From an uncultured Actinomycetes bacterium (GTDB lineage Bacteria; Actinomycetota; Acidimicrobiia; IMCC26256; PALSA-610): a DNA stretch of 64,000 nucleotides. The stretch is from contig CAWHHS010000006.1 of the NCBI GenBank assembly GCA_963829195.1, positions 726,510 to 790,509 of the forward strand, written 5' to 3'. Under the pieces are notes generated by a model. That model was not told the origin of the DNA. It searched no databases and worked only from the letters and a program-made list of their open reading frames with translations. Of this stretch, positions 15,278-23,483 are shown piece after piece; within the stretch, counting starts at the first letter, position 1, and each line of letters opens with the position of its first letter. Made by a program: the position numbers and the translations under genes.

Positions 15278-16030
15278 CCGCGTTCGCGCGTGTGATCTCG
15301 GCGATCTCTTCCGGTGCGACGCCGCGCGCTCGCGCCAGCGCCTCCCCGACCGCGACCACCAGCGCGGGTTCGTTCGGCTTCCCGCGGAACGGTTCCGGCG
15401 TCAGGAACGGCGAGTCGGTCTCCACGAGGACGCGGTCGGCCGGTGTGATCCGGGCCGCCTCCCGCAGCGCGTCCGCGTTCTTGAACGAGACGATGCCGCT
15501 GAACGAGAGGTAGCAGCCGCGCGCCACTGCCGCGGTCGCTTCGTCGGGGCCGCCGGTGAAGCAGTGGAAGATCGTGCGTTCGGGCACGCCCTCGTCGTCG
15601 AGCACGCGGAACGTGTCGGTCCAGGCGTCGCGGGAGTGGATCACGAGCGGTTTGTTCGCATGCTTGGCCAGCCGGATCTGGAACCGGAAGGCGGTCTCCT
15701 GCTCGTCGCGCGGTGAATGCTCGTAGAAGAGGTCGAAGCCGCACTCGCCGATGGCGACGCAGCCGTCGGAGACGGCGAGCGGCTCGAGCATCGCCCACTC
15801 GGCGCCGAGCTTCGACGCGTCGTGGGGGTGCAACCCGACCGCGGCGTACACGTCCTCGTGGCGGTCGGCGATGGCCATCGCGGCCTGTGACGTCTCGAGG
15901 TCGGTGCCGACGCAGACCATCCACTCGACCCCCGCGGCACGCGCCCGCGCCACGTGCTCGTCGCCGCCCGCAAGCTGCAGATGGCAGTGGGAGTCGACCC
16001 ACCGCACGCGCGTTTCGTCGCGGGCCATCA
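15252..16030 (-). CDS. tatD: TatD-family metal-dependent DNase/hydrolase.
   Basis: WVDSHCHLQL...VGLHPHDA...IGECGFDLFY...LVIHSRDAW...ETDSPFLTPEPFRGKPNEP. Confidence 0.85.
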
Positions 16031-17542
16031 CGTGTCCATGCGCGGGAACAGCGGCTCGCCCTTCTCGAGGGTCGCGCCCGCCGGGAGCAGTCCCCATCCG
16101 GCCGCACCCGGGAGCCGCTCGTCCTCGGGCCGCCCGCCCAGGCCGAGCCGGCGCCACAGTTCCGCCGCCGCGTTCGGGATCACCGGCGACGCCAGCAACG
16201 CGACGATCCGCAACGACTCGAGGCAGTCGCCCAGCACACGCGCGACCGCGTCGGCGTCGCCGCGCTTGTTCAACTCCCAGGGCTTCGAGTCCTCGATGTA
16301 CGCGTTCGTCGCGCGGATGAGGTCCCAGATCGCTCCGCACCCGCTCGCGAAGTCGAGCCGGCCGAACGCGTCCGACACGCCCGCGAAGCTCGTCGCCGCG
16401 ACGTCACGCAGAGGCCCGTCGGCACGCGTCGACGGCACGATGCCCCCGCAGTAGTTCACGGCCATGTTCAGCACGCGGTTCGCGAGGTTGCCGAAGTTGT
16501 TCGCGAGATCCGCGTTGTAGCGCTGCACCATCGCTTCGTACGAGAAGTCGCCGTCCGGGCCGAAACGCTGGTCGGCCATGAAGTGGTAACGGAAGCCGTC
16601 GACACCGAAGTCGGCGACGAGATCCGCGGGCTTGATCTGGTTGGTGCGCGTCTTGCTCATCTTCTCGCCGCCGACGAGCAGCCAGCCGTGCGCGAACACG
16701 CAACGCGGGAGCTCGAGGCCGGCCGCCATGAGCATCGCGGGCCAGTAGACGGCGTGGAAGCGCAGGATGTCCTTGCCGACGAGGTGGTAGTCGACGGGCC
16801 ACCACTTCGCGAACCGCTCTTCGTCGGTCGCGTAACCGACCGCCGTGCAGTAGTTGAAGAGCGCGTCGGTCCACACGTACGCGACATGGTTCGCGTCCCA
16901 CGGGAGCGGCACACCCCAGGTGATCGAGGTACGGCTCATCGAGAAGTCCTGCAGGCCGCCGCGGATGAACCCGAGCACCTCGTTCATGCGCGACTCGGGC
17001 TGCACGGCGTCGGGATGCGCGGCGTAGTGCTCGAGCAGGCGGTCCTCGTAGCGCGACAGCTTGAAGAAGTAGTTCTCCTCGACGACGTGCTCGACGGGGC
17101 GGCCGTGGATCGGGCAGTTGCCGTCGACGAGCTCCTCCTCCGCGTAGTACGCCTCGCAGGAGACGCAGTAGAGACCTTCGTAGGTGCCGAGCTCGATGTC
17201 GCCCGCGTCGAAGATCGCCTGCAGGAACTTGTTCACCGCGGTGTAGTGGCGCGGTTCGGTCGTGCGGACGAAGTCGTCGTAGGCGATGTCGAGCCCGTCC
17301 CAGGTGTCGCGGAAGTGGCCCGCGACCTCGTCGACCAGCTCCTGCGGCGAGACACCCCGTTCCTCCGCGGCACGCTGGATCTTGAGGCCGTGCTCGTCGG
17401 TACCGGTGAGGAAGAAGACCTCGTCGCCGCAGAGCCGGTGCCAGCGCGTGAGGACGTCACCGGCGACGGTCGTGTACGCGTGGCCGATGTGCGGCACGTC
17501 GTTGACGTAATAGATGGGGGTGGTGACGTAGAAGCGGGCCAT
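16028..17542 (-). CDS. metG: Methionyl-tRNA synthetase. Intact.
   Basis: FYVTTPIYYVNDVPHIGHAYTTVAGDVLTRW (HIGH motif)...KMSKTRTN (KMSKS motif). Uninterrupted ORF of about 505 aa. Confidence 0.95.
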   Translation of the reverse strand: MARFYVTTPIYYVNDVPHIGHAYTTVAGDVLTRWHRLCGDEVFFLTGTDEHGLKIQRAAEERGVSPQELVDEVAGHFRDTWDGLDIAYDDFVRTTEPRHYTAVNKFLQAIFDAGDIELGTYEGLYCVSCEAYYAEEELVDGNCPIHGRPVEHVVEENYFFKLSRYEDRLLEHYAAHPDAVQPESRMNEVLGFIRGGLQDFSMSRTSITWGVPLPWDANHVAYVWTDALFNYCTAVGYATDEERFAKWWPVDYHLVGKDILRFHAVYWPAMLMAAGLELPRCVFAHGWLLVGGEKMSKTRTNQIKPADLVADFGVDGFRYHFMADQRFGPDGDFSYEAMVQRYNADLANNFGNLANRVLNMAVNYCGGIVPSTRADGPLRDVAATSFAGVSDAFGRLDFASGCGAIWDLIRATNAYIEDSKPWELNKRGDADAVARVLGDCLESLRIVALLASPVIPNAAAELWRRLGLGGRPEDERLPGAAGWGLLPAGATLEKGEPLFPRMDT

Positions 17543-17618
17543 GGCAACCTTCATTGTGCCCGACCCGGCGCGACCGGCCGGTCCGAAATCCGGCCGCAGG
17601 GCCCGACCGGTGTCGACG

Positions 17619-17948
17619 TCAGCCCTTGATCTCGACCACGTCGCCCGGGTGCAGGTTCCAGCGTTCGAAGCTGCCGGCGCGCGCCTCGATCACGAACGCC
17701 GACCGCCAGACGATCCGGGAGATCCGCCGGGGCGCGAGCGTGCCCAGGTGCAGCACGGTCCCCGAGCCGTCGCAGAACGCGACGTCGATCGGGAAACGCA
17801 TCCGGAACGTGTGGACCTGCCGGCAGGGCCGCAGCACGAACGCGCCTTCGACGTCGTCCCGGCCGATGAGGCCCCGCGAGCGCTGGCGCCGGGAGGCGGC
17901 GACCTCGGCCACCGCCAGGACGTCGTCATCGCGCAGCAACCAGGTCAT
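17619..17948 (-). CDS. DUF192 (COG1430) family protein.
   Basis: ARSRGLIGRDDVEGAFVLRPCRQVHTFRMRFPIDVAFCD...VVEIKG. Intact, 109 aa. Confidence 0.65.
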   Translation of the reverse strand: MTWLLRDDDVLAVAEVAASRRQRSRGLIGRDDVEGAFVLRPCRQVHTFRMRFPIDVAFCDGSGTVLHLGTLAPRRISRIVWRSAFVIEARAGSFERWNLHPGDVVEIKG

Positions 17949-17957
17949 CCCTGCTTC

Positions 17958-18983
17958 CTACACGTTGAACCGGATCTCGAGGACGTCACCGTCTCGCACC
18001 TCGTAGTCCTTGCCCTCGACCCGGATCTTCTTCAGCTCGCGGGCCTTCGCCCACGAGCCGATGTCGAGCAGCTCACGCCAGTCGATCACCTCGGCGCGGA
18101 TGAAGCCGCGCTGCAGGTCGCTGTGGATCACGCCCGCGCACTCGGGGGCCTTGGCGCCGGTGCGGAACGTCCACGCGCGCGACTCGTCTTCGCCCGTCGT
18201 GAAGAACGTGCGCCGGCCGAGCAGGAGGTACGCGGCCTGCGCGACCGCGTCGAGCGCCGATTCACCCAGCCCGTACGACTCGCGCATCTCGGCCCGGTCC
18301 TCGGGTGCACACGCGGCGATCTCGGCCTCGATGTCGATCGGGACCGCGAGCACTTCGGTGTCGGCCGGCAACCCGACGTCGGTCGCGGTCTCCTCACCGG
18401 TGTTGGCGACGATTAACAGCGGTTTCGTCGTCAGCAGGAACACCGGCGCGAGACGCGCGAGGTCCTCGGGCGAAAACGACCCACGGCGGATCGGTGTCCC
18501 GTCGGACAGCACGGCGTGCGCGCGCTCGAGCGTGTCGACCTCGGCGAGGATCTCCTTGTCGCCGCTCTTCGCGGCGCGCCGTTGCCGGGTGAGGCGCTGC
18601 TCGACGCTCGCGATGTCGGCGAGCACCAGCTCGAGCTCGAGCGCGCCGAGGTCGCCTTCGGGATCTGCCGCGACCCCGCCGTCGTCGAACGCCCGCAGGA
18701 CGATGAGGATCGCGTCGCAGTTGCGCAGGCTGCCGACGACCTTCGAACCCAACCCTTCGCCCGGCTTGGAGCCCGGCGGCAGCGCCAGGTGGACCAGCTC
18801 GAACCCGGCTGCGACCGTCTTTTTCGACTTCGACATCTCCGTCAGCAGGCGCAGGCGCTCGTCGGGGAGGCTCGCCACGCCGACGGCCGCCTCGTACTCG
18901 CTCGGCACCGCCAGACCGGTGAGGGCGCTGAACAGGCGGTTCGCGCCCGCGCCGGTGAAGCCCACAAGACCGAGGTTCTCCAT
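17958..18983 (-). CDS. ychF: YchF/Obg-family ribosome-binding ATPase with a degenerate Walker A motif.
   Basis: The C-terminal TGS domain matches YchF closely (RAWTFRTGAKAPECAGVIHSDLQRGFIRAEVIDW...KIRVEGKDYEVRDGDVLEIRFNV). The P-loop region reads GFTGAGANRLFSAL where GLPNVGKSTLFNAL is expected. No frame change occurs there. Confidence 0.85.
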   Translation of the reverse strand: MENLGLVGFTGAGANRLFSALTGLAVPSEYEAAVGVASLPDERLRLLTEMSKSKKTVAAGFELVHLALPPGSKPGEGLGSKVVGSLRNCDAILIVLRAFDDGGVAADPEGDLGALELELVLADIASVEQRLTRQRRAAKSGDKEILAEVDTLERAHAVLSDGTPIRRGSFSPEDLARLAPVFLLTTKPLLIVANTGEETATDVGLPADTEVLAVPIDIEAEIAACAPEDRAEMRESYGLGESALDAVAQAAYLLLGRRTFFTTGEDESRAWTFRTGAKAPECAGVIHSDLQRGFIRAEVIDWRELLDIGSWAKARELKKIRVEGKDYEVRDGDVLEIRFNV

Positions 18984-18992
18984 CGGGGCGCA

Positions 18993-19011
18993 GGCTACCG
19001 ATCAAGTAGCC
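18993..19011. promoter_or_regulatory. Perfect palindrome GGCTAC-N7-GTAGCC in the 40-bp spacer between the divergent ychF and bL37-like genes.
   Basis: It is 9 nt upstream of the ychF start and 13 nt upstream of the small plus-strand ORF. It overlaps a GGAGG on the ychF strand. Confidence 0.35.
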
Positions 19012-19023
19012 TCCGACGTCCTA

Positions 19024-19107
19024 TGAGCAAGAAGACGAAGAAGCGCCGCCTGAAAGCCCGCCGCAACAAGGCGAATCACGGCAAGCGGCCACGCGCCGGC
19101 CGTTAGA
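19024..19107 (+). CDS. Candidate ribosomal protein bL37 (27-aa basic peptide).
   Basis: MSKKTKKRRLKARRNKANHGKRPRAGR. The ANHGKRP motif and size recall mycobacterial bL37. Under 60 aa, so absent from the ORF track. Confidence 0.5.
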
Positions 19108-19133
19108 TCACTGCGCGCGCGGCCGGCATCCGC

Positions 19134-19622
19134 CTACCGCGCGTTCTCCTGCAGCCAGCGGGCACCCTTCTCCAGCGTGGGGCGCGGGACGTCGGTGAGC
19201 ACACCCAGGAAGAGGTCGGCGATGGTCGTGCCGGCGAGCTCGGCCCGCCAGACCTCGTCGGCCCGGGTGAACGCGCGGTGGATGCCGCAGACCTTCGTGT
19301 ACTCGCGCGCCGGCAGCGCGAGCGGGCCCCGGCGGCGGATCTCGGTGCACTGGAACGCCGACTGGTCGCCGTCGATCGCCTCCACCACGTCGAGCACGGT
19401 GATCTCGGCGGGCGGGCGCGCCAAGCGGTAACCGCCGCGGGCACCCTTGACGGTGCGCAACACCCCGGCTCCCGCGAGCGCCTGGAGGTGCTTGGCCAGG
19501 TAGGCGGCGGGAACGCCGTGGTACTCCGCGAGCTTCGCGGCCGGGAGGGCGGCGTCGTCGGGGAGCGACGCCAGCACCACGCAGACGTGGACGCCCCACT
19601 CGACCCCGTCCGACATCCGCAT
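19134..19622 (-). CDS. Rrf2-family transcriptional regulator.
   Basis: MRMSDGVEWGVHVCVVLASL...PAAKLAEYHGVPAAYLAKHLQALAGAGVLRTVKGARGGYRLARPPAEITVLDVVEAIDG, a winged helix-turn-helix domain. The C-terminal Cys residues are QC...VCG. Confidence 0.8.
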   Translation of the reverse strand: MRMSDGVEWGVHVCVVLASLPDDAALPAAKLAEYHGVPAAYLAKHLQALAGAGVLRTVKGARGGYRLARPPAEITVLDVVEAIDGDQSAFQCTEIRRRGPLALPAREYTKVCGIHRAFTRADEVWRAELAGTTIADLFLGVLTDVPRPTLEKGARWLQENAR

Positions 19623-19626
19623 AACA

Positions 19627-19651
19627 CGGATACTAGCTGTCCGAGTATCCG
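19627..19651. promoter_or_regulatory. Putative Rrf2 operator: CGGATACT-N9-AGTATCCG, a perfect 8-bp inverted repeat 5 bp upstream of the Rrf2 start codon.
   Basis: Seen directly: cGGATACTagctgtccgAGTATCCg. Its position in the divergent intergenic region is typical of Rrf2 autoregulatory sites. Confidence 0.5.
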
Positions 19652-19742
19652 GCGAATCTTCGGAAGAATCTCCGGGACGAATCGCCGGGAAGAATCTGCG
19701 AACGGGGTCCGAAGGCCCGTCGATACCATGCTCGGCGTCATG

Positions 19743-20228
19743 GCGACCATCGACGAAGTCGAACTGCTCCCCGACGCCGACCAGCACAAGCTGCTCGTCG
19801 CCACGCTGGAGCGAGTCAACCGCACGAGCAACGCGGCGCGTGCCGCCGCGCTGCAGGCCAACGTCTTCGACGGCACCCCGCTGCGCGACATCGTCAAGGG
19901 TGAGGTCGAGCGGTCGAAGCTGCCCGACGGGCTGGTGCGACCCATCGCCGACCGGGTCGAGGAATCCCTGCGCCGGCGGGCCGGCAAGCAGCAGCGCTTC
20001 TCGCAGTACCAGGGTCTCGCGCTCCCGGCGTCGGCGTTCAAATGGGGTGGATCCGATCGGGTCACGATGCTGACCGCGTCGGGCCGGCGCACGATCTCGG
20101 TCCGGGTGGACCGCGGCCGCGGCGACCTCCGCCCGCCGCTGGCCGGGCGCCCCGCCGCCCTGATGTTCCGCAACGGCGAGTTCGAGCTCTGGGCGACCGA
20201 CGTCGAACGCAAGTCCGAAGACGACTAG
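19743..20228 (+). mobile_element. Truncated TnpB (IS200/IS605 OrfB)-like N-terminal fragment, about 162 aa. The RuvC and zinc-finger parts are absent.
   Basis: ATIDEVELLPDADQHKLLVATLERVNRTSNAARAAAL...RVTMLTASGRRTISVRVDRGRGDLRPPLAGRPAALMFRNGEFELWATDVE resembles the TnpB N-terminal pattern (xRLYPTxEQ..L...; RVSLGTL.GRI.VPY...L.GA.IG.A.L.Y). It ends 40 bp before a convergent gene. Confidence 0.35.
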
Positions 20229-20266
20229 AACCCGCGACGCCGGCCGAGCGCGGGTCGCGCTCGTGC

Positions 20267-21096
20267 TCAGAGCTCCATGACCGAGGTGCGCGGCCGGCTC
20301 GACGAGCAGTGACTGCACGCCGCGGCCGATCACGCCGCGCTCGTCGTGCAGCCGGGTCTCCGCCATGCCGACCCCGTGCGGCTGAGCCCAACGCGCCCGA
20401 CTCGAGGCACACCCATTCCCCGACCGGGTGACGGTGCACGTGCACGGTTAGCTCGGGGTTGATCGCCGCCGCGTTCGTCAGGCGCACCGGGTTGGAGACC
20501 CCGCTGCCGAAGTCGGCGGCGGCCGCGACCGCGGGCGATCGGCGAGATCGGCTCGCCGGCGACGACCGGGCACCGCAGGCGGAACCAGGAGACGCCCGGC
20601 CCCGGTTCGGTCCAGCTCCCCCGCACCAGACGCACGTCGTGCACGTTCCAGAAGCCGACCGCGCCCTCGCCGAACGGGAACTTCTGGGAGGCGGCCGACT
20701 CGGGCGGCGGCGGCGCGTCGACCGTCGGGTGCACGGAGCCACTCGTGTCGACGTCGTCGGACCGGATGCGCAGCACGGTCGCGCGCGCGACCTCGTGCTC
20801 GCGTTCGTCGAGCAGCATCGCCTCGATCCACTGCACCTTGCGCCCCGGCCTGATCGTGCGCACGCGCAGTTCGAGCGGCGCGAGCGGCACGGGCCGCATC
20901 AACTCCACGGTCAGGCGCGCGACGAACGCAGCCGGGCCGGGATCGTGGACTTCGCAGACGGTCGCGAACAGAGCGCTCGGCGCGCCCCCGTGCAACGCCT
21001 TCGGGCTCCACGGTCCGCGGGCGAGCTGGGTGGGCACGTACCGCGCACCGTCACGTTCGAACAGCGCGCCGATGCTCGCTACGGGATCGTCGGACA
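20267..21096 (-). CDS. TesB-like acyl-CoA thioesterase (4HBT/hotdog double domain). Frameshifted.
   Basis: MPPVSDDPVASIGALFERDGARYVPTQLARGPWSPKALHGGAPSALFA...QKFPFGEGAVGFWNVHDVRLV. ...LTVHVHRHPVGEWVCLESGA and ...LHDERGVIGRGVQSLLV lie in other frames. Confidence 0.6.
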
Positions 21097-21147
21097 CGGG
21101 CGGCATGGTACGCGGCGGCCGGCGCGTCGCTCTCGAACGGAGCGGCT

Positions 21148-21531
21148 TCAGCGGGTGCTGAGATGCCAGTCGTCGTCGGGGCCGTCGTTCGGGCCGCCGC
21201 GCTTCCAGACCTGCCACCACTTGCGCCGCGATCCGGCCGCGCTCCCCAACTCGCGCAACACCGACGGTTCGGCCGCGTCGACGATCATCTCCGCGTCGTC
21301 GAGGAGGTCCTGGATGTCCTCGGGCTTCTCGTCGGGTTCCGGCTCGACCTCGGGCCGCGCGAGTCCTCCCGCGACGAAGCTCCCGTCGATCAACGTCTGT
21401 TCGTACTGCGCGCAGTTCTCCGGACAGCGCCACGGCGCCTCGGGCGCGAGGTCGAGCACACAGAAACGCGCGATCTCGCCGCCCGGATAGGTACGGCTCT
21501 CGAAGTGCCGGCAGTCCTCGCGCATCGCCAC
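21148..21531 (-). CDS. Hypothetical Cys-rich, acidic protein.
   Basis: MAMREDCRHFESRTYPGGEIARFCVLDLAPEAPWRCPENCAQYEQ, a C-x16-C-x12-C-x3-C pattern, then an acidic stretch. Intact, 127 aa. Confidence 0.5.
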   Translation of the reverse strand: MAMREDCRHFESRTYPGGEIARFCVLDLAPEAPWRCPENCAQYEQTLIDGSFVAGGLARPEVEPEPDEKPEDIQDLLDDAEMIVDAAEPSVLRELGSAAGSRRKWWQVWKRGGPNDGPDDDWHLSTR

Positions 21532-21559
21532 CTCGCCAGTGTGCCAGACCCTCCAGCCC

Positions 21560-21638
21560 TGCCAACTGTTCGCTGAGAAAAGGGCACCTGGAGCCCATTT
21601 TCCAGCAAACAGTTCGCAGGGAAATGGGGGTCAGTGCC
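21560..21638. repeat. Second locus with a pair of the AAC[A/T]GTT..CAGGGAA.ATGG-like motif, about 45 bp apart, just upstream of the 21148..21531 gene.
   Basis: gCCAACTGTTCGCTGAGAAAAGGGC and gCAAACAGTTCGCAGGGAAATGGGGG. Related to the pair at 8951-9025. Confidence 0.45.
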
Positions 21639-22569
21639 AGGGCGGGAGGCGGCGGAGGTAGCGGAGCATCGCGTCCGATGTCTCGCGCGGGCGCTCCTGC
21701 TGGGTCCAGTGCCCGCAGTCCTCGATAACGACGCGCTCGAGGTCGGGAACCCGTTCCTCCATGCCGAGGGTCATCGCGGGCGTGAGCACGGGATCGTTCG
21801 CGGCGGAGATCATGAGGCACGGCACGTCGATCGTCCGCCCCGCGATCTCGGCCGTGAGCTCCCAGTTGCGGTCGAGGTTCCGGTAGTACTCGATCGGCGG
21901 CGTCAACGCGCCGACGGGACGGAACGCATCCTTGTACACGTCGAGCACCGCGGGCGGGAACGCCGTGGCGTTCTGGGTGGTCGCGCCGAAGATCATCTCG
22001 ACGAAATCGTCCACGCCGCGTCCCCACGTTCCGAGCACCCACTCCGCGACGCCGCGTTCTTGGAACTGGATGATGTAGATCGGCGTGTCGACGAAGATCT
22101 GACGCAACAACTGCACGGGGGGCATCGGCGGGCGCGGGAGGTCGGGCGTGTTCACGCCGATGACGCCCGCGACGCGGTCGGGATACTGGCGCGCCAGGAT
22201 CCACACGAGGATCCCGCCCCAGTCGTGACCGGCAACGACCGCACGTTCGCAACCGATCGCGTCGAGGACCCCGACGAGGCACGCGTCGATCCAGTCGCAG
22301 TCGTAGGTGACGTCGGGTTTGTCGCTGCGCCCGTACCCCGGCAGGTCGGGCGCGACCACGTGAAAGCCCGCTTCGCCGAGCGCGGCGACCTGGTGGCGCC
22401 ACGAGTAGGCGAGCTCGGGAAAGCCGTGCAGCAACAGCACGACGGGCCCGTCCTGCGGGCCCGCTTCGAGGCAGAACAGGCGGATCCCGTTGGTCCGGAC
22501 GTAGCGGCTGCGCACGGAGCCGACCCTAACGGGCCCCGACGGAGGGATCCGGGAACCGGCGGGCGCCAT
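21631..22569 (-). CDS. Alpha/beta-fold hydrolase (epoxide hydrolase / haloalkane dehalogenase-like).
   Basis: VVLLLHGFPELAYSWRHQV...PDLPGYGRSDKP...VVAGHDWGG...DCGHWTQQERPRE. Intact. Confidence 0.85.
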   Translation of the reverse strand: MAPAGSRIPPSGPVRVGSVRSRYVRTNGIRLFCLEAGPQDGPVVLLLHGFPELAYSWRHQVAALGEAGFHVVAPDLPGYGRSDKPDVTYDCDWIDACLVGVLDAIGCERAVVAGHDWGGILVWILARQYPDRVAGVIGVNTPDLPRPPMPPVQLLRQIFVDTPIYIIQFQERGVAEWVLGTWGRGVDDFVEMIFGATTQNATAFPPAVLDVYKDAFRPVGALTPPIEYYRNLDRNWELTAEIAGRTIDVPCLMISAANDPVLTPAMTLGMEERVPDLERVVIEDCGHWTQQERPRETSDAMLRYLRRLPPWH

Positions 22570-22610
22570 CGGTCGTCGGAACGGTAGATCACCCGACGAA
22601 AGGGACCTCG

Positions 22611-23369
22611 ATGCACCTGTTCGAACACAAGGCGATCGCGGTCGTCGCGACCGTCGCCGCGATCGGCGTCGCCGGCTGCAGCAGTGGCAGCTCGAAGGCG
22701 GCCACGTCGGCCCACCTGACCGACGTGACCACGCCCGCGTCGACCACCGGCGGGCCCACCATCGACGTGTCGGGTCACGGCGACGCGACCGGCCGGCCCG
22801 ACGTCATGACCGTGACGATGGGCGTGCAGACGACCGACCCGTCGGCCCAGGCCGCGCTGCAACGCAACAACGCCAGCGCGAACTCGCTCATCAACTCGTT
22901 GAAGGCCCAGGGCGTGAAGCCCGACGACATCCAGACCGTCGACCTCAACGTGTCGCCGAACTTCGACAACCACTTCCATGTGACCGGCTACTCGGCGTCG
23001 AACACGGTCACCGCGAAGCTCCGCGATCTGTCGAAGGCCGGCGCGGTGATCGACGCGGCCGCGGTCACCGCGGGCCCCGACATCCGGCTCCAAGGCGTGT
23101 CGTTCTCGATCGACAACACGAGCCCACTCCTCGCCAAAGCGCGCGCCACGGCGGTCAAGGACGCGCTGGCCCAGGGCAAGCAGCTCGCGGCCGCGGCGGG
23201 CGTGAAGCTCGGCGCGATCCGCACGATCGACGACACGGGTACGCAACTCCCACAGACCGAGAACCTCGCCGCGGGCGACTTCTCGCAGAAGGCGCTCGCG
23301 GTCCCCGTCGAGGCCGGGTCGCAACAGCTCGGTGTCGACGTGACCGTCGTGTTCTCGATCGCGACCTGA
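22611..23369 (+). CDS. SIMPL-domain (DUF541) lipoprotein.
   Basis: Signal peptide plus lipobox VAGCSS. SIMPL-like repeats (TVTMGVQTTDPSAQAA...; GYSASNTVTAKLRD...). Intact. Confidence 0.75.
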   Translation: MHLFEHKAIAVVATVAAIGVAGCSSGSSKAATSAHLTDVTTPASTTGGPTIDVSGHGDATGRPDVMTVTMGVQTTDPSAQAALQRNNASANSLINSLKAQGVKPDDIQTVDLNVSPNFDNHFHVTGYSASNTVTAKLRDLSKAGAVIDAAAVTAGPDIRLQGVSFSIDNTSPLLAKARATAVKDALAQGKQLAAAAGVKLGAIRTIDDTGTQLPQTENLAAGDFSQKALAVPVEAGSQQLGVDVTVVFSIAT

Positions 23370-23483
23370 CCCGGCCGCGCCCCGGCCCGTGACCCGAAGC
23401 GGCGCCGGGGAGTACCGTCCGGGTACTGACCAGGAGTTCGGGGGCGCCGGGCAATGGCGGAAGCGGCACGGTTCGCGCACCAC

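Noticed and set aside
19743-20228. Possibility that the TnpB-like ORF marks a complete IS200/IS605 element or an OMEGA-RNA (TnpB-associated guide RNA) system.
   Set aside because: No TnpA, no recognisable RuvC/zinc-finger half, no terminal hairpins, and a convergent gene starts 40 bp after its stop. It is treated as a remnant or short domain protein only.
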